Assembly (NCBI GenBank): GCA_020850325.1
Contig: JADZEW010000010.1
Span: 5,759-69,758, forward strand
DNA from: Methanoregulaceae archaeon
Lineage (GTDB): Bacteria > Armatimonadota > Fimbriimonadia > Fimbriimonadales > Fimbriimonadaceae
Length of the DNA stretch: 64,000 bases
Reading direction: 5' to 3'
The position numbers and the translations under genes are program-made. Positions 25,723-35,151 of this stretch are shown here, piece after piece. Position 1 is the stretch's first letter. Every line of letters starts with the position of its first letter. Below the pieces are notes generated by a model. That model did no database searches. It saw only the letters and a program-made list of their open reading frames with translations, and had not been told where the DNA came from.

Positions 25723-26313
25723 CTAACTGGGCACGTCGATATCCGTAAGCCCACCCTCGCAGTCGACCCAAACGATCCGATCGCGCCACTGCTTCAGAAG
25801 GTCTCGCGCGCCAACATCGCCCCGGAGTGTGCAGAGTTCTCCGTGATACGCGGAGCCGAACACGATCGGGTGACCTATTCGGTCTGGCTCAGAGGCGTAT
25901 CGCGGCGCGACGATCCGCTCGGGTTCACCATCAAACGCTTCGATCAGCCGCTCGATGGTCGCTCCAGATAGCCCCGGCATGTCGGCGAGCGCAATCATAA
26001 TGCCGTCGCAAGGCATCGCATGCCTCACTCCGCACGCGACTGAGGTGCCCATGCCGTCCTCGAAGTCAGGGTTGAACACAACGTCGGCACGCGGGCAAAC
26101 TGCCGAAACTCGTTCGGCTTCATGCCCGGTCACCACGATCACCGGTAGTCCGGCATCTTGCAGCGTGCGCACGACCGTACCGACGATGGTCGAATCACCA
26201 TATGGCTGCAGCAACTTGTTCTCCGGGCCGAAGCGGCGCGACAGCCCCGCCGCAGGTACGACCGCGCGGACGATGCGCCCGTTCAGTGAGGGCACAACCC
26301 AACCCTCACCCAC
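25723..26313 (-). CDS. mocA: molybdenum cofactor cytidylyltransferase (MocA-like, NTP_transf_3)
   Basis: 196 aa. VVPAAGLSRRFG...NKLL, ALADMP motifs. Last gene of the selD-ior operon. Confidence 0.85.
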   Translation of the reverse strand: MGEGWVVPSLNGRIVRAVVPAAGLSRRFGPENKLLQPYGDSTIVGTVVRTLQDAGLPVIVVTGHEAERVSAVCPRADVVFNPDFEDGMGTSVACGVRHAMPCDGIMIALADMPGLSGATIERLIEAFDGEPERIVAPRYASEPDRIGHPIVFGSAYHGELCTLRGDVGARDLLKQWRDRIVWVDCEGGLTDIDVPS

Positions 26314-26330
26314 AAGACGTCGACCACGCG

Positions 26331-28373
26331 TTAGACCAGTTCCGACAGCCGGATCGGGAACTTGCGCACCTGCTTACCCGTCGCCGCAAACACCGCATTC
26401 GCGATGGCCGCTGGCACGGACGGATAACCTACTTCGCCCATGCCGCCAAACGCGCCGCCGCTGTCCTCGATGAAGATCTCCATCTTGGGCGTGTCGGACA
26501 TTCGCGTCCAGCCGTAATCGCTCCAATTGCTTTCCTCGACCGCTCCGCCGTCGATGTTGATCTCGGCGTAGAGTGCGGTCGCGATGCCGTCCATGAATCC
26601 ACCCTGAATCTGGGCCTCGACACCGCGCGGGTTGATCGTTGTGCCGGCATCGACCACCGCGACCATCCGGTCCACCTTGATCGTGTCGTCCTTCACCGTG
26701 ACTTCAACCACATGGGCGATCCGTGAGCCGTACCCTTCGAAGCAAGCGATACCCTGCCCCGAGCCCTTCGGCAGGGTCTTGCCCCACTGGCCTTTCTCGG
26801 CGGCGCTGATCAGCACTTTCAGCAGCCTCTCGTTTTTCAGGATGCTCTTGCGGAACTCGAACGGGTCCTTCCCCGCCGCGTGGGCAAGTTCGTCGATGAA
26901 GCATTCATTGGCGACGATGATCTGCGAGTGCTCGACCGAGCGCCACGCACCCGTCGGCACCGAGGATGGAACTCCCGCAGAGCGCAACCCTGCGCTGGGG
27001 ACCTCGTACGGCAAGTAGGTGTTCGTCCCGTAGTCGCCGCTGCCGCGGCCGGGCGCTTGCAGATACTGGTGGCTGAAGCCGAGCGGCTTTCCTTCCGCAT
27101 CGAGCGTCGCCGAAAGGACGTGCTCGCTCATCGGCCGGTAAAGGTCGTGCTGGATATCGCACTCCCTCGACCAAAGCAGCTGGACCGGCTTCTTCATCCG
27201 CTTCGAAATCTCGACCGCTTCGCCGATCCACTCGTTGGAGAACTTTCGGCCGAAGCCACCGCCTAGGAGCAGGTTGTGGATCTCCACCTTGTCGGCCGTG
27301 AGCCCGGTGGCTCGGGCGACGTTGTTCTGGGCGCTGTCCGGCGACTGCGAACCCGTCCACACCTCGACCCGGTCGTCCCGCACGTCGGCAACCGCGTTGA
27401 GGGTCTCCATCGTTGCGTGCGCTAGATACGGCAACTCGTAGTTCGCAGTCACCCGCTTCGCCCCCCCGGGCATCGCGTTGTGGTCCTTGGCCGCCGCCTT
27501 CAGCGCCTCGCGAAGGGATGCGGTGGAGTGTTTCGGTCCTTCCGTCCACTTCACCTCTAGTGCCTCACGCCCCTTCAATGCCGCCCAAGTGTTGCTCGCG
27601 ACCACAGCGACGCCGCTGGAGATCGCGAACACATCGACCACGCCTGGCACTGCACGGGCTTTCGCATCGTCGATGGTCTCCGACTTGCTGCCAAAAACCG
27701 AAGGTCGGAGACACACCGCATACAGCATGCCCTCGCGTCGGACATCTGCACCATAAACGGCCTTACCGGTAACGACGTCCAGGTTGTCCAGCCGGTTTTG
27801 AGGCTTGCCGATGATCTTGTACTCGGATCGCTCTTTGAGCTTAACGTCGGTAGGGATCGGAATGGCTTTGGCCGCGGTCGTGAGGGCTCCGTAGCCAAGA
27901 CTCTGGCCACTGGGGCCGAGGACCTTGCCCGCCTCGGTACGACATGCGCTGGGCTCGACGCCCCACTGTTTGGCCGCCGCCGCAACGAGCATCGCCCGAG
28001 CGCTGGCGCCCACGCGGCGCAGCTGCTGATTGGTGCCGCGGACGCTGCTGGAGCCGCCCGTTCCCATGCCACCGTAGGTGGCTCGGTCGCCCGGCGCCTG
28101 CGTCACTTTGACCATCGACCAGTCGGCGTCGAGTTCTTCAGCGACGAGCATCGCCAAGGTCGTACGCACGCCCTGGCCCATGTCCGAGCGCGTTATGCTC
28201 ACCGTGCAAACGCCATCGGGATCGATTTTTAGGAAGACGTTGGGGGCGAAGGGGTCTTGCGCCGAAGCGCTCTCGTCCGCGCAAGCCAACGTCGCGAATC
28301 CTCCCAGCATGAAACTGGCTCCGACACCTCCAACAAGCTGGAGAAAAGAACGGCGGCTAACTTCGGTCTTCAT
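26331..28373 (-). CDS. molybdopterin-binding oxidoreductase large subunit (IorB / membrane-bound aldehyde dehydrogenase type) with Tat signal
   Basis: Start [16 protein letters not shown] (twin-arginine) at 28373, in an ATGA overlap with the 2Fe-2S gene. Xanthine-dehydrogenase-family a/b-hammerhead and Mo-binding regions. Confidence 0.88.
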   Translation of the reverse strand: MKTEVSRRSFLQLVGGVGASFMLGGFATLACADESASAQDPFAPNVFLKIDPDGVCTVSITRSDMGQGVRTTLAMLVAEELDADWSMVKVTQAPGDRATYGGMGTGGSSSVRGTNQQLRRVGASARAMLVAAAAKQWGVEPSACRTEAGKVLGPSGQSLGYGALTTAAKAIPIPTDVKLKERSEYKIIGKPQNRLDNLDVVTGKAVYGADVRREGMLYAVCLRPSVFGSKSETIDDAKARAVPGVVDVFAISSGVAVVASNTWAALKGREALEVKWTEGPKHSTASLREALKAAAKDHNAMPGGAKRVTANYELPYLAHATMETLNAVADVRDDRVEVWTGSQSPDSAQNNVARATGLTADKVEIHNLLLGGGFGRKFSNEWIGEAVEISKRMKKPVQLLWSRECDIQHDLYRPMSEHVLSATLDAEGKPLGFSHQYLQAPGRGSGDYGTNTYLPYEVPSAGLRSAGVPSSVPTGAWRSVEHSQIIVANECFIDELAHAAGKDPFEFRKSILKNERLLKVLISAAEKGQWGKTLPKGSGQGIACFEGYGSRIAHVVEVTVKDDTIKVDRMVAVVDAGTTINPRGVEAQIQGGFMDGIATALYAEINIDGGAVEESNWSDYGWTRMSDTPKMEIFIEDSGGAFGGMGEVGYPSVPAAIANAVFAATGKQVRKFPIRLSELV

Positions 28374-28831
28374 TTCATCTCCTTCGCGGCGGCCTTGATG
28401 GCCTCGCGAATCCGCGGGTAGGTACCGCATCGGCACAAAATCGCGTTCATCGCCTCATCGATCTGGGCATCGGTCGGGTTCGGCGTTTCCTTCAGAAAAG
28501 CGGCGGCGGCCATGATCTGCCCGGCTTGGCAAAATCCACACTGGGGAACGTCGTGCTCGACCCAGGCTTTCTGCAGAGGATGGAGTTCCCTCGCCCCCAG
28601 CCCCTCGATGGTGAGGACATCCTTGTCGCCGACATCGCTGATCGCGGTCTGGCAACTGCGCACCGACTCACCGTTCAGCATTACGGTGCAGGAGCCGCAC
28701 GATCCGATGCCGCAACCGTATTTGGTGCCGGTGAGCCCCATCAGGTCGCGAAGCGCCCACAGCAGGGGCATTTCGGCTTCGGCCTCGACCGTCTTCGTTA
28801 TGCCGTTGACTTTGATCTTGTAGGTGGCCAT
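28370..28831 (-). CDS. (2Fe-2S)-binding small subunit (IorA type)
   Basis: 153 aa. [12 protein letters not shown] and [11 protein letters not shown]...CRCGTY cluster motifs. Confidence 0.92.
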   Translation of the reverse strand: MATYKIKVNGITKTVEAEAEMPLLWALRDLMGLTGTKYGCGIGSCGSCTVMLNGESVRSCQTAISDVGDKDVLTIEGLGARELHPLQKAWVEHDVPQCGFCQAGQIMAAAAFLKETPNPTDAQIDEAMNAILCRCGTYPRIREAIKAAAKEMK

Positions 28832-28893
28832 CGTTATCTATCCCTACTGCCGATGCTACACCATGCGCACCCATTCTGGGGCACTTTCTTGCC

Positions 28894-29877
28894 TTATCGA
28901 ACGACGATCCGGGAAGGGCCAGCCACGACCCGGCCGATGCAAGGCGCATCCAGGGTCTCCATGCTGAACAAGGCCAGGCCGCCGCTCGTTTGCGGATCGA
29001 GCACGATCTGTCGGACCGCCGCCGACACCGCCGAATCCTCGAGTGCATCGCCGATAAACGCCGCGTTCTTGCGTGCGCCACCAGTGACGTGATCCTCGGA
29101 GATCATCCGCATCACACCGGGAAGCAAAGGCAAGGACTCGGAGTCGATCTCGATGGTGACTCCGCTCGCGCGAGCGACATTGAACAAGTGTCCCGCGAGC
29201 CCAAATCCGGTGATGTCCGTGGCGCAACGTACGTTGGCGGCCTGGCCCAGATCGCGCCCGCGAGTGTTTAGTTCGCTCATCGCGGCGATGGCGGCGGCAA
29301 GTTCCTCGGGCGATGCGGCATCGAACTTGGCCGCAGTGGTGACGATGCCCGTGCCTAGCGGCTTGGTCAAGAAAACCTGGTCCCCCGGTAGAGCTCCGGT
29401 GTTGGCGAAGACCCGGTCGGGGTCGACGATACCGGTCACGCTCATTCCGAACTTCGGCTCGGTGTCCTCGACGCTGTGGCCCCCAAGCACGACGGCTCCC
29501 GACTCGACGGTCTTGTCGTACATCCCCCGCAACACCGCCGCCCACACCTCGGGGGGAGCCGCCGCAGGATCGAAGCACGCGACGTTCATCACAGTAAGCG
29601 GCTGGCCACCCATCGCATACACGTCGCTCAACGCATTGGCCGCGGCGATCTGCCCGTAGGCATAAGGGTCGTCCACCACCGGCGTGAAGAAGTCGATGGT
29701 TTGCACCAGGGCACGACCGTCGGGCAGGCGAAACACCCCCGCGTCGTCTCGATGTTCGATTCCGACAAGCAGGTCCGGGTGGGTCGTTTCAGGCAAGTAT
29801 CGGAGCACGTCCGACAGCTGGGCGGGGCCCAGTTTGCTCGCTCAACCCGCGCAGGAAACCAGGTGCGTCAGTCGCAT
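28894..29877 (-). CDS. selD: selenide, water dikinase SelD, selenocysteine-containing (in-frame UGA at 29842-29844)
   Basis: Minus strand from ATG 29877 gives MRLTHLVSCAG-U-ASKLGPAQLSDVLRYLP..., continuous with track ORF 28894..29808. The UGA aligns with the catalytic Cys/Sec of the SelD GxG(C/U)xxK motif. Confidence 0.9.
29803..29839 (-). promoter_or_regulatory. candidate SECIS stem-loop immediately 3' of the selD UGA
   Basis: mRNA reads UGA-GC-GAGCA-AA-CUGGGC-CCC-GCCCAG-...-UGCUC. Inner 6-bp stem (29818-23/29827-32) and outer 5-bp GAGCA/UGCUC stem, all within 40 nt of the UGA. The 3-nt apical loop is atypical. Confidence 0.4.
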
Positions 29878-29922
29878 ACCGCCGGAGTGTACCGACCCTC
29901 GCTCACGGTATCCTGAGGGCTG

Positions 29923-30582
29923 ATGCGATTGGCTCTTATCCTGGTGCCGGCCGCGCTGGCTCTCGCGGGAGCTGGCACGCTCCTCTACCTTCGTTCGCAA
30001 ATGTCGTTCGGCATACAGCCGCCCACCGAGGGGGTTCCGAAACACCCGGTCACCGACCCCATGAGGGAAGATGCGGAAGCGATGGCTCGTAAGCCCGCAC
30101 CCGACTTCGAGATCCCCGATCTGGACGGGAAAATGTGGACGCGGGAGGCCGCCCAAGGCGGCAAGCCCACGCTCATCTACTTCATCCTCGACGGCTGCCC
30201 GTGCAGCACCGATGCCGAACCGCTGATCCAATCGTTGCGCAAGACCCACGAGGGGCGCATCAACTTCGTCGGCGTCATCGATTCCGTTCCCGAAAAGGCG
30301 AAGAAATGGGTGAGCGACCACAACACCCGGAATTTGGTGCTGATCTCTCGCGACGCGGCGGTGATGAAGGCTTACGAATCCCCCCGATCGGTTTACTCGG
30401 CACTGGTGGACACCAAAGGTCGGATCATCAAGCAGTGGCCGGGCTATTCCAAGCGGATTCTCACCGAGATGAACGAAGAGATGGCCAAGGCAAGCGGCGT
30501 CCCCGCGCCGAAGTTCGATACGGCCTATGCGCCGGTCGAAGACTCGTCGGGATGCTCGTTCGAGATGGGCATCGGTAACTAG
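29923..30582 (+). CDS. membrane-anchored thioredoxin-fold (TlpA/redoxin-like) protein with C-P-C in place of CxxC
   Basis: 219 aa. N-terminal TM/signal, PDFEIPDLDGK...KPTLIYFILDGCPCSTDAEPL redoxin pattern. Divergent from selD with a 45-bp spacer. Confidence 0.7.
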   Translation: MRLALILVPAALALAGAGTLLYLRSQMSFGIQPPTEGVPKHPVTDPMREDAEAMARKPAPDFEIPDLDGKMWTREAAQGGKPTLIYFILDGCPCSTDAEPLIQSLRKTHEGRINFVGVIDSVPEKAKKWVSDHNTRNLVLISRDAAVMKAYESPRSVYSALVDTKGRIIKQWPGYSKRILTEMNEEMAKASGVPAPKFDTAYAPVEDSSGCSFEMGIGN

Positions 30583-30619
30583 CCTCGTGGCGCTCGGGCG
30601 GTAGACTCTCGCCTCAGCC

Positions 30620-32626
30620 ATGAAGTTCCCCATCTCGATGCTGCGCGACTTCGTCACGACTTCGCTTAACGCGGAGGAGGTGGGTGATTTGCTCACGATG
30701 GCGGGTTTTGAACTCGAAGGCATCGAGGAGGTCGAAGGCGAGGCGGTCCTCGACATCAAAGTCGTATCCAACCGTGGCGATGGCTTGAGCGTTTTCGGAC
30801 TCGCCCGCGAGGTGCTCGCCAAGGATCCTTCCAGCGCACCGACCGACCTCTACCGTCGCGCGGTCGAGCGCTTCCCCGCCGCCGATGCCGATTCGCCCGA
30901 GATTCGCGCCAAGACCGCGGTCGCGGTCGAGACGACAGACTGCACGCGGTACGCCTGCCGCCTGATGGAGGTCTCCAACGGCGATTCACCCGCGTGGCTT
31001 CAGAAGCGGATTCGACAAGCGGGCTGGCGTCCGCTCGGCGTGGTGGTCGACGTGACGAACTACGTCATGCTCGAACTCGGCCAGCCGCTCCACGCCTTCA
31101 ACCACATGACCCTTCGCGAAGGGCGGATCGTTGTGCGCAAGGCGAGGTCTGGCGAGAAGCTCCGCACGCTGAACGAAGTCGAACATGAACTGAACGCCGA
31201 TCAGATGATGATCTGCGATGCGCTGAAGCCGATCGCGGCGGCGGGCATCATGGGAGGCGCGGCCACCGAAGTCAACGCGGATACCCAATGGGTCCTGCTG
31301 GAGTCCGCGCACTTCGTGAACACCTCGGTGCGGCGCACCCGCAAGCAGATGGGGCTGTCGACCGAGGCCAGCTACCGATTCGAGCGTAGCGTCGACCCCG
31401 AGACCGTCGTCGCCGCCCTCAACCGATTCGCCGAACTGCTTGCCGATTGCGGCGGGCTCAAGCACCTGGTGCCGGGGGTGCTGGATGTGTACGCCGCTCC
31501 TCCCGCGCCACGGTCGGTCGAACTGCGGATGTCGCGGTGCGTGCGGTTACTCGGGATGCCAGTAACCGTCGAGGAAGCTAGGACTTACTTGGAGCGCCTA
31601 GGCTTTGGCGTGGAAGGCGATGGCGAGCCGTTCCGCGTTCAGGTGCCGACGTGGCGACCCGATATCGTGCGCGAGGATGACCTCGTGGAGGAAGTGGGCC
31701 GCGTCCACGGATTCGACAAGATCCCCGAGACCCTCCCGCATGGCGCAACGACCCAGGGCGGATTTCCCCCGCTTGAAGCTGCCATCGATCGCCTTCGCGC
31801 TCGGCTGATCGCGGCCGGATTCTCGCAGGCGATGAGCCACACCCTCCGCGATCGACATCCCCTCGATGCCGAGGGCGAGCGGCTCGGTCCGCGCCATCCC
31901 GGCTCGCCGGAGATTGCCTGGCTTCGGAACTCGGTGTTGCCCAGCCTGGCCGACGCCGCCCGCCGTAATGGGGGCCGAGATGTCCATCTGTTCGAGACGG
32001 GCCGCGTGTTCACTCCGCAAGAGCGGCGCACGGTGGGACTGCTCTCGCAGGGCGACTTGTTCACGCCCCACCGAGCGAACGAGGGAGTGCCCAAGGCCGA
32101 CTTCTACAGCGTGAAGGGCGTGATCGACGCGCTCTGCCCGGGCCTCACGTGGGGCATTCCCGCCACTCCTGATCCCCGACTCCACCCGACCCGCCAAGCC
32201 GAGGTCGCCGGGTTGGGCATTCTTGGCGTGCTGCACCCGGATACCGCCGAAGCCTGTGGTTTGCACGTCGACACCGTCGTCGCCGAGTTCGATTTGGAGC
32301 AGCTCGCGGCGAGTCTGATGGCCCCGATTGCCTACCGGCCGATCAGTCGGAATCCGGCCGTCCGGCGCGACCTCGCGATCCTCATCGACAAGTCCGTGCC
32401 GTTCGCGGACGTGCTGGGCGCGATCGAGCGTGGTGCCGGTGACTCCCTTGAGCGCCATTGGCTGTTCGACGTCTACGAGGGCAAAGGAATCCCCGAAGGC
32501 AAGCACTCGCTGGCCGTTGCCCTGCTGCTGCGCAAGATGGGCGAGAACTTTACGGACGAGGAAGCGAACCAGGTGCGGGAGCAAGTCGTTGCGGAGCTTG
32601 CCGGCCTCGGGGCGACGCTGCGATAA
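30620..32626 (+). CDS. pheT: phenylalanine--tRNA ligase beta subunit (short form lacking the N-terminal OB tRNA-binding domain)
   Basis: 668 aa. MKFPISMLRDFV start, B3/4, B5, FDX-ACB C-terminus (RDLAILID, LFDVYEGKGIPEGKHSLA). No pheS upstream. Confidence 0.92.
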   Translation: MKFPISMLRDFVTTSLNAEEVGDLLTMAGFELEGIEEVEGEAVLDIKVVSNRGDGLSVFGLAREVLAKDPSSAPTDLYRRAVERFPAADADSPEIRAKTAVAVETTDCTRYACRLMEVSNGDSPAWLQKRIRQAGWRPLGVVVDVTNYVMLELGQPLHAFNHMTLREGRIVVRKARSGEKLRTLNEVEHELNADQMMICDALKPIAAAGIMGGAATEVNADTQWVLLESAHFVNTSVRRTRKQMGLSTEASYRFERSVDPETVVAALNRFAELLADCGGLKHLVPGVLDVYAAPPAPRSVELRMSRCVRLLGMPVTVEEARTYLERLGFGVEGDGEPFRVQVPTWRPDIVREDDLVEEVGRVHGFDKIPETLPHGATTQGGFPPLEAAIDRLRARLIAAGFSQAMSHTLRDRHPLDAEGERLGPRHPGSPEIAWLRNSVLPSLADAARRNGGRDVHLFETGRVFTPQERRTVGLLSQGDLFTPHRANEGVPKADFYSVKGVIDALCPGLTWGIPATPDPRLHPTRQAEVAGLGILGVLHPDTAEACGLHVDTVVAEFDLEQLAASLMAPIAYRPISRNPAVRRDLAILIDKSVPFADVLGAIERGAGDSLERHWLFDVYEGKGIPEGKHSLAVALLLRKMGENFTDEEANQVREQVVAELAGLGATLR

Positions 32627-33944
32627 CCGCGATCCGCACGAGTGCGATGATCCCGACGACCGCGAACAGCGATCGGAATCCCATGCTGAAGTAGTGGTAG
32701 TGGTTGTATGCCTGGAACGGCTTCAGCCATGCCATCGGCATGAACGCGAAGAACGACATCGCGAATCCGCTCAGCAGCCACGCGAACTCCTGCCGTGACA
32801 GCCAGCGGAACCGCGCCGAAAGCGCAAGCGCCGGGTACGCCACGGCGTAGGCCAAAGCCGCCCAAAGCTGCTTCTGCTGAGTCATCAGCACGTTGAAAAA
32901 CCCTAAGTCGAGTTGATGGGCCAACGCATAGATCGTCCGCGCCGCAGGAAAGGCATAGTCCGCGAGCGTCATGAACACGTCGAGGCTGTTGCGGAATTGT
33001 TGGTCTTGGTATTCCGAGGTGCCTGCGGGCAACACCGCTCGGCGAATCCCCAGGTACGCCAAGAGCAAGAGCCACGAACCGATGGCCCATCCCCAGTGCG
33101 GCTTCCGTCCGAGCAGCCAAAACGTGACCGCGACCCCGATGTACAGCGCCGGAAGCATCACCGCCTGCTCGTAACTGGCGAGAGCGAGCGCGGTACACGC
33201 GTAGGAAGCAACCATCCACAAACCCACCACCCGCTTGGGAGAACTCTCCACGACCGTGGACCGCGTCGCGGGAACATCGAAAGGGGAGGGCTCCACGGGA
33301 CGACGAGCCGCAGTCAACCGCTCGTATCGGGCGTAAGCGGCAATGGCCATGAACCCAAAGAGGCTCATCGTGGTCGCGGTTCGGCCGGGAATCCAATCCA
33401 TGACCCCGCCGCGCACGCGCTCGATGCCCCCCACTTCAGGGGCAATCGCCAGCCCAACGAGGAGTGCCAATGCTGCCAGTCCCCAGTTGCGGCGAATCAA
33501 GCCACCAAGGAGACCCGCGGCTGCGAGAATGAGCGCCAGCGAGGAAAGCGTCTCACCGGCCAAAGGGAAGGCGGTCCAGAGCGCGAACAGCGTCGTTCCG
33601 CCGATAGCAACCGGCATCTCATCGGTCAGTTCGCGCAGCATCCAAAAGAGCGCGACGACGCAACCCGCACAAAGGAGAGCATTGGTGAACCCATACCCTG
33701 CCGGGCTCCACGGGTGGATCATCTGGTCGAGTTCGAACACCATGGTGACCATGGGCCGGTAGAAGTGGTTGAGCAGCGGCCAGTCGCCCGCCCACCAGCT
33801 CAGCGGATCGTTGCGCTCGGTCATCCGCTCGATCAGCACCCGGGTGTCGGTGTCCTGCAGCAACCCCGGATTGTTGGCGGCGGTCAGCAGGATGGGGATG
33901 CACAGGAGGGCCACCCATGCCCAACCGATGCGCCATCCCTTCAT
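32550..33944 (-). CDS. polytopic membrane protein, GT-C-like (TMTC/DUF1736-type N-terminal motif)
   Basis: 464 aa, more than 10 hydrophobic segments. NHFYRPMVTMVFELD....P.GYGFTNALL resembles the DUF1736/PMT_2-type motif. Function is inferred only. Confidence 0.55.
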   Translation of the reverse strand: MKGWRIGWAWVALLCIPILLTAANNPGLLQDTDTRVLIERMTERNDPLSWWAGDWPLLNHFYRPMVTMVFELDQMIHPWSPAGYGFTNALLCAGCVVALFWMLRELTDEMPVAIGGTTLFALWTAFPLAGETLSSLALILAAAGLLGGLIRRNWGLAALALLVGLAIAPEVGGIERVRGGVMDWIPGRTATTMSLFGFMAIAAYARYERLTAARRPVEPSPFDVPATRSTVVESSPKRVVGLWMVASYACTALALASYEQAVMLPALYIGVAVTFWLLGRKPHWGWAIGSWLLLLAYLGIRRAVLPAGTSEYQDQQFRNSLDVFMTLADYAFPAARTIYALAHQLDLGFFNVLMTQQKQLWAALAYAVAYPALALSARFRWLSRQEFAWLLSGFAMSFFAFMPMAWLKPFQAYNHYHYFSMGFRSLFAVVGIIALVRIAVIAASPRGRQAPQRLAPAPGSLPRP

Positions 33945-33981
33945 ATCGAAAGATTATGGGCGTGATACAATCTCGCACGCG

Positions 33982-35001
33982 GTGACCACCCTCGAAATCG
34001 TGCGCCAGAACCTCCTGTCGCCCATGGCGCTTTGTTTCGCCCTCGGATTCGCAGCCACGTTTCTCAAGAGCGATCTGCGCCTGCCCAGCGGCGCCTACGT
34101 CGTGCTCAGCAGCTACCTGATGCTTGCCATCGGGTTGAAAGGTGGGGTCGCCCTATCGCAAACCTCCATCGGCGATCTGGCGCTGCCGTTGGTCGTCACG
34201 ATCGTGATCGGCTCGCTCATCCCAATCGCGGTGTACAACATCGCCCGGCGGCTTGGTCGGCTGTCCCGGGCCGATAGCGGCGCGATCGCCGCCCACTACG
34301 GCAGCGTCTCCGCGGTCACCTTCATCGCCAGCCTCAGCTTCTTGGATGCGATTCGCGTTTCGTATGAGGGGTTCTTGCCCGCGCTGGTGGCGGTCATGGA
34401 GATTCCCGGCATCCTTGTGGCGCTCGTGCTTGCTCGTGCCCGTGAGGAAGCCGCTGCGGCCGCGCTGAACGCGACTTCGGACGAGTTCGATCCCGGCCCA
34501 TCGACTCGCACGGGCTTGAAGGAAGCCGTCCACGAGGTTCTGACGGGTAAGAGCATCGTGCTTCTCGGCGGCGGTGTGCTTGTCGGGGCGATCACCGGGG
34601 TGCAAGGGTACGAGAGTGTCAAGCCGTTCTTTGTCGCTCCCTTCGCCGGGGTGCTCTGCTTGTTTATGCTCGAGATGGGGTTGCTTGCGGCGGGACGACT
34701 ACGCGAGATCAAGGGCGCGGGTGCGTTTCTGGTGGCGTGGGGCATTCTTGGCCCCATCGCGCTGGGATTAATCGGTGCCTACTTCGGCACGTTGAGCGGA
34801 CTCAGCGTCGGCGGGGCGACGGTCTTCGCGACGTTGTGCGCGAGTGCGAGCTATATCGCCGCGCCCGCCGCGGTTCGCATCGCGCTTCCCGCGGCCAATC
34901 CGAGTATCTACTTAACCTCCGCCGTCGGCATCACGTTCCCGTTCAATCTGGCCGTCGGCATCCCGCTCTACTATCAGTTCGCGGGCAGGTTTGCGGGCTG
35001 A
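33982..35001 (+). CDS. SbtA-like (DUF897) sodium-dependent bicarbonate-type permease
   Basis: GTG 33982 was chosen to avoid the divergent gene. LSPMALCFALGFAATFLKSDLRLP...LMLAIGLKGG pattern, about 10 TM. Confidence 0.7.
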   Translation: MTTLEIVRQNLLSPMALCFALGFAATFLKSDLRLPSGAYVVLSSYLMLAIGLKGGVALSQTSIGDLALPLVVTIVIGSLIPIAVYNIARRLGRLSRADSGAIAAHYGSVSAVTFIASLSFLDAIRVSYEGFLPALVAVMEIPGILVALVLARAREEAAAAALNATSDEFDPGPSTRTGLKEAVHEVLTGKSIVLLGGGVLVGAITGVQGYESVKPFFVAPFAGVLCLFMLEMGLLAAGRLREIKGAGAFLVAWGILGPIALGLIGAYFGTLSGLSVGGATVFATLCASASYIAAPAAVRIALPAANPSIYLTSAVGITFPFNLAVGIPLYYQFAGRFAG

Positions 35002-35151
35002 GGGGTCATTGCCCGGATGGGTTCGGATTTGCTCGGGTTGGTTCGGGGGCAGGCAAGATCAGCTTGTACCCAAGCGTTCAGGATCCCCTACATACTTGCG
35101 ACATGGGTGAACCCAAACGGGGCTCCAACTCTTCTAAACTGTACAGCTTCC

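Noticed and set aside
29842-30822. 326-aa minus-strand ORF
   Set aside because: It is antisense to the redoxin gene and the pheT 5' end. Only its last 11 codons are real (the selD N-terminus up to the Sec UGA). The rest is an artefact of treating UGA as a stop.
32550-32626. 77-bp overlap of convergent pheT and the GT-C-like gene as a possible annotation error or antisense regulation
   Set aside because: The last ~25 codons of the membrane protein are low-complexity (ASPRGRQAPQRLAPAPGSLPRP). The overlap is most simply a slightly extended ORF tail in high-GC DNA, so no further claim is made.
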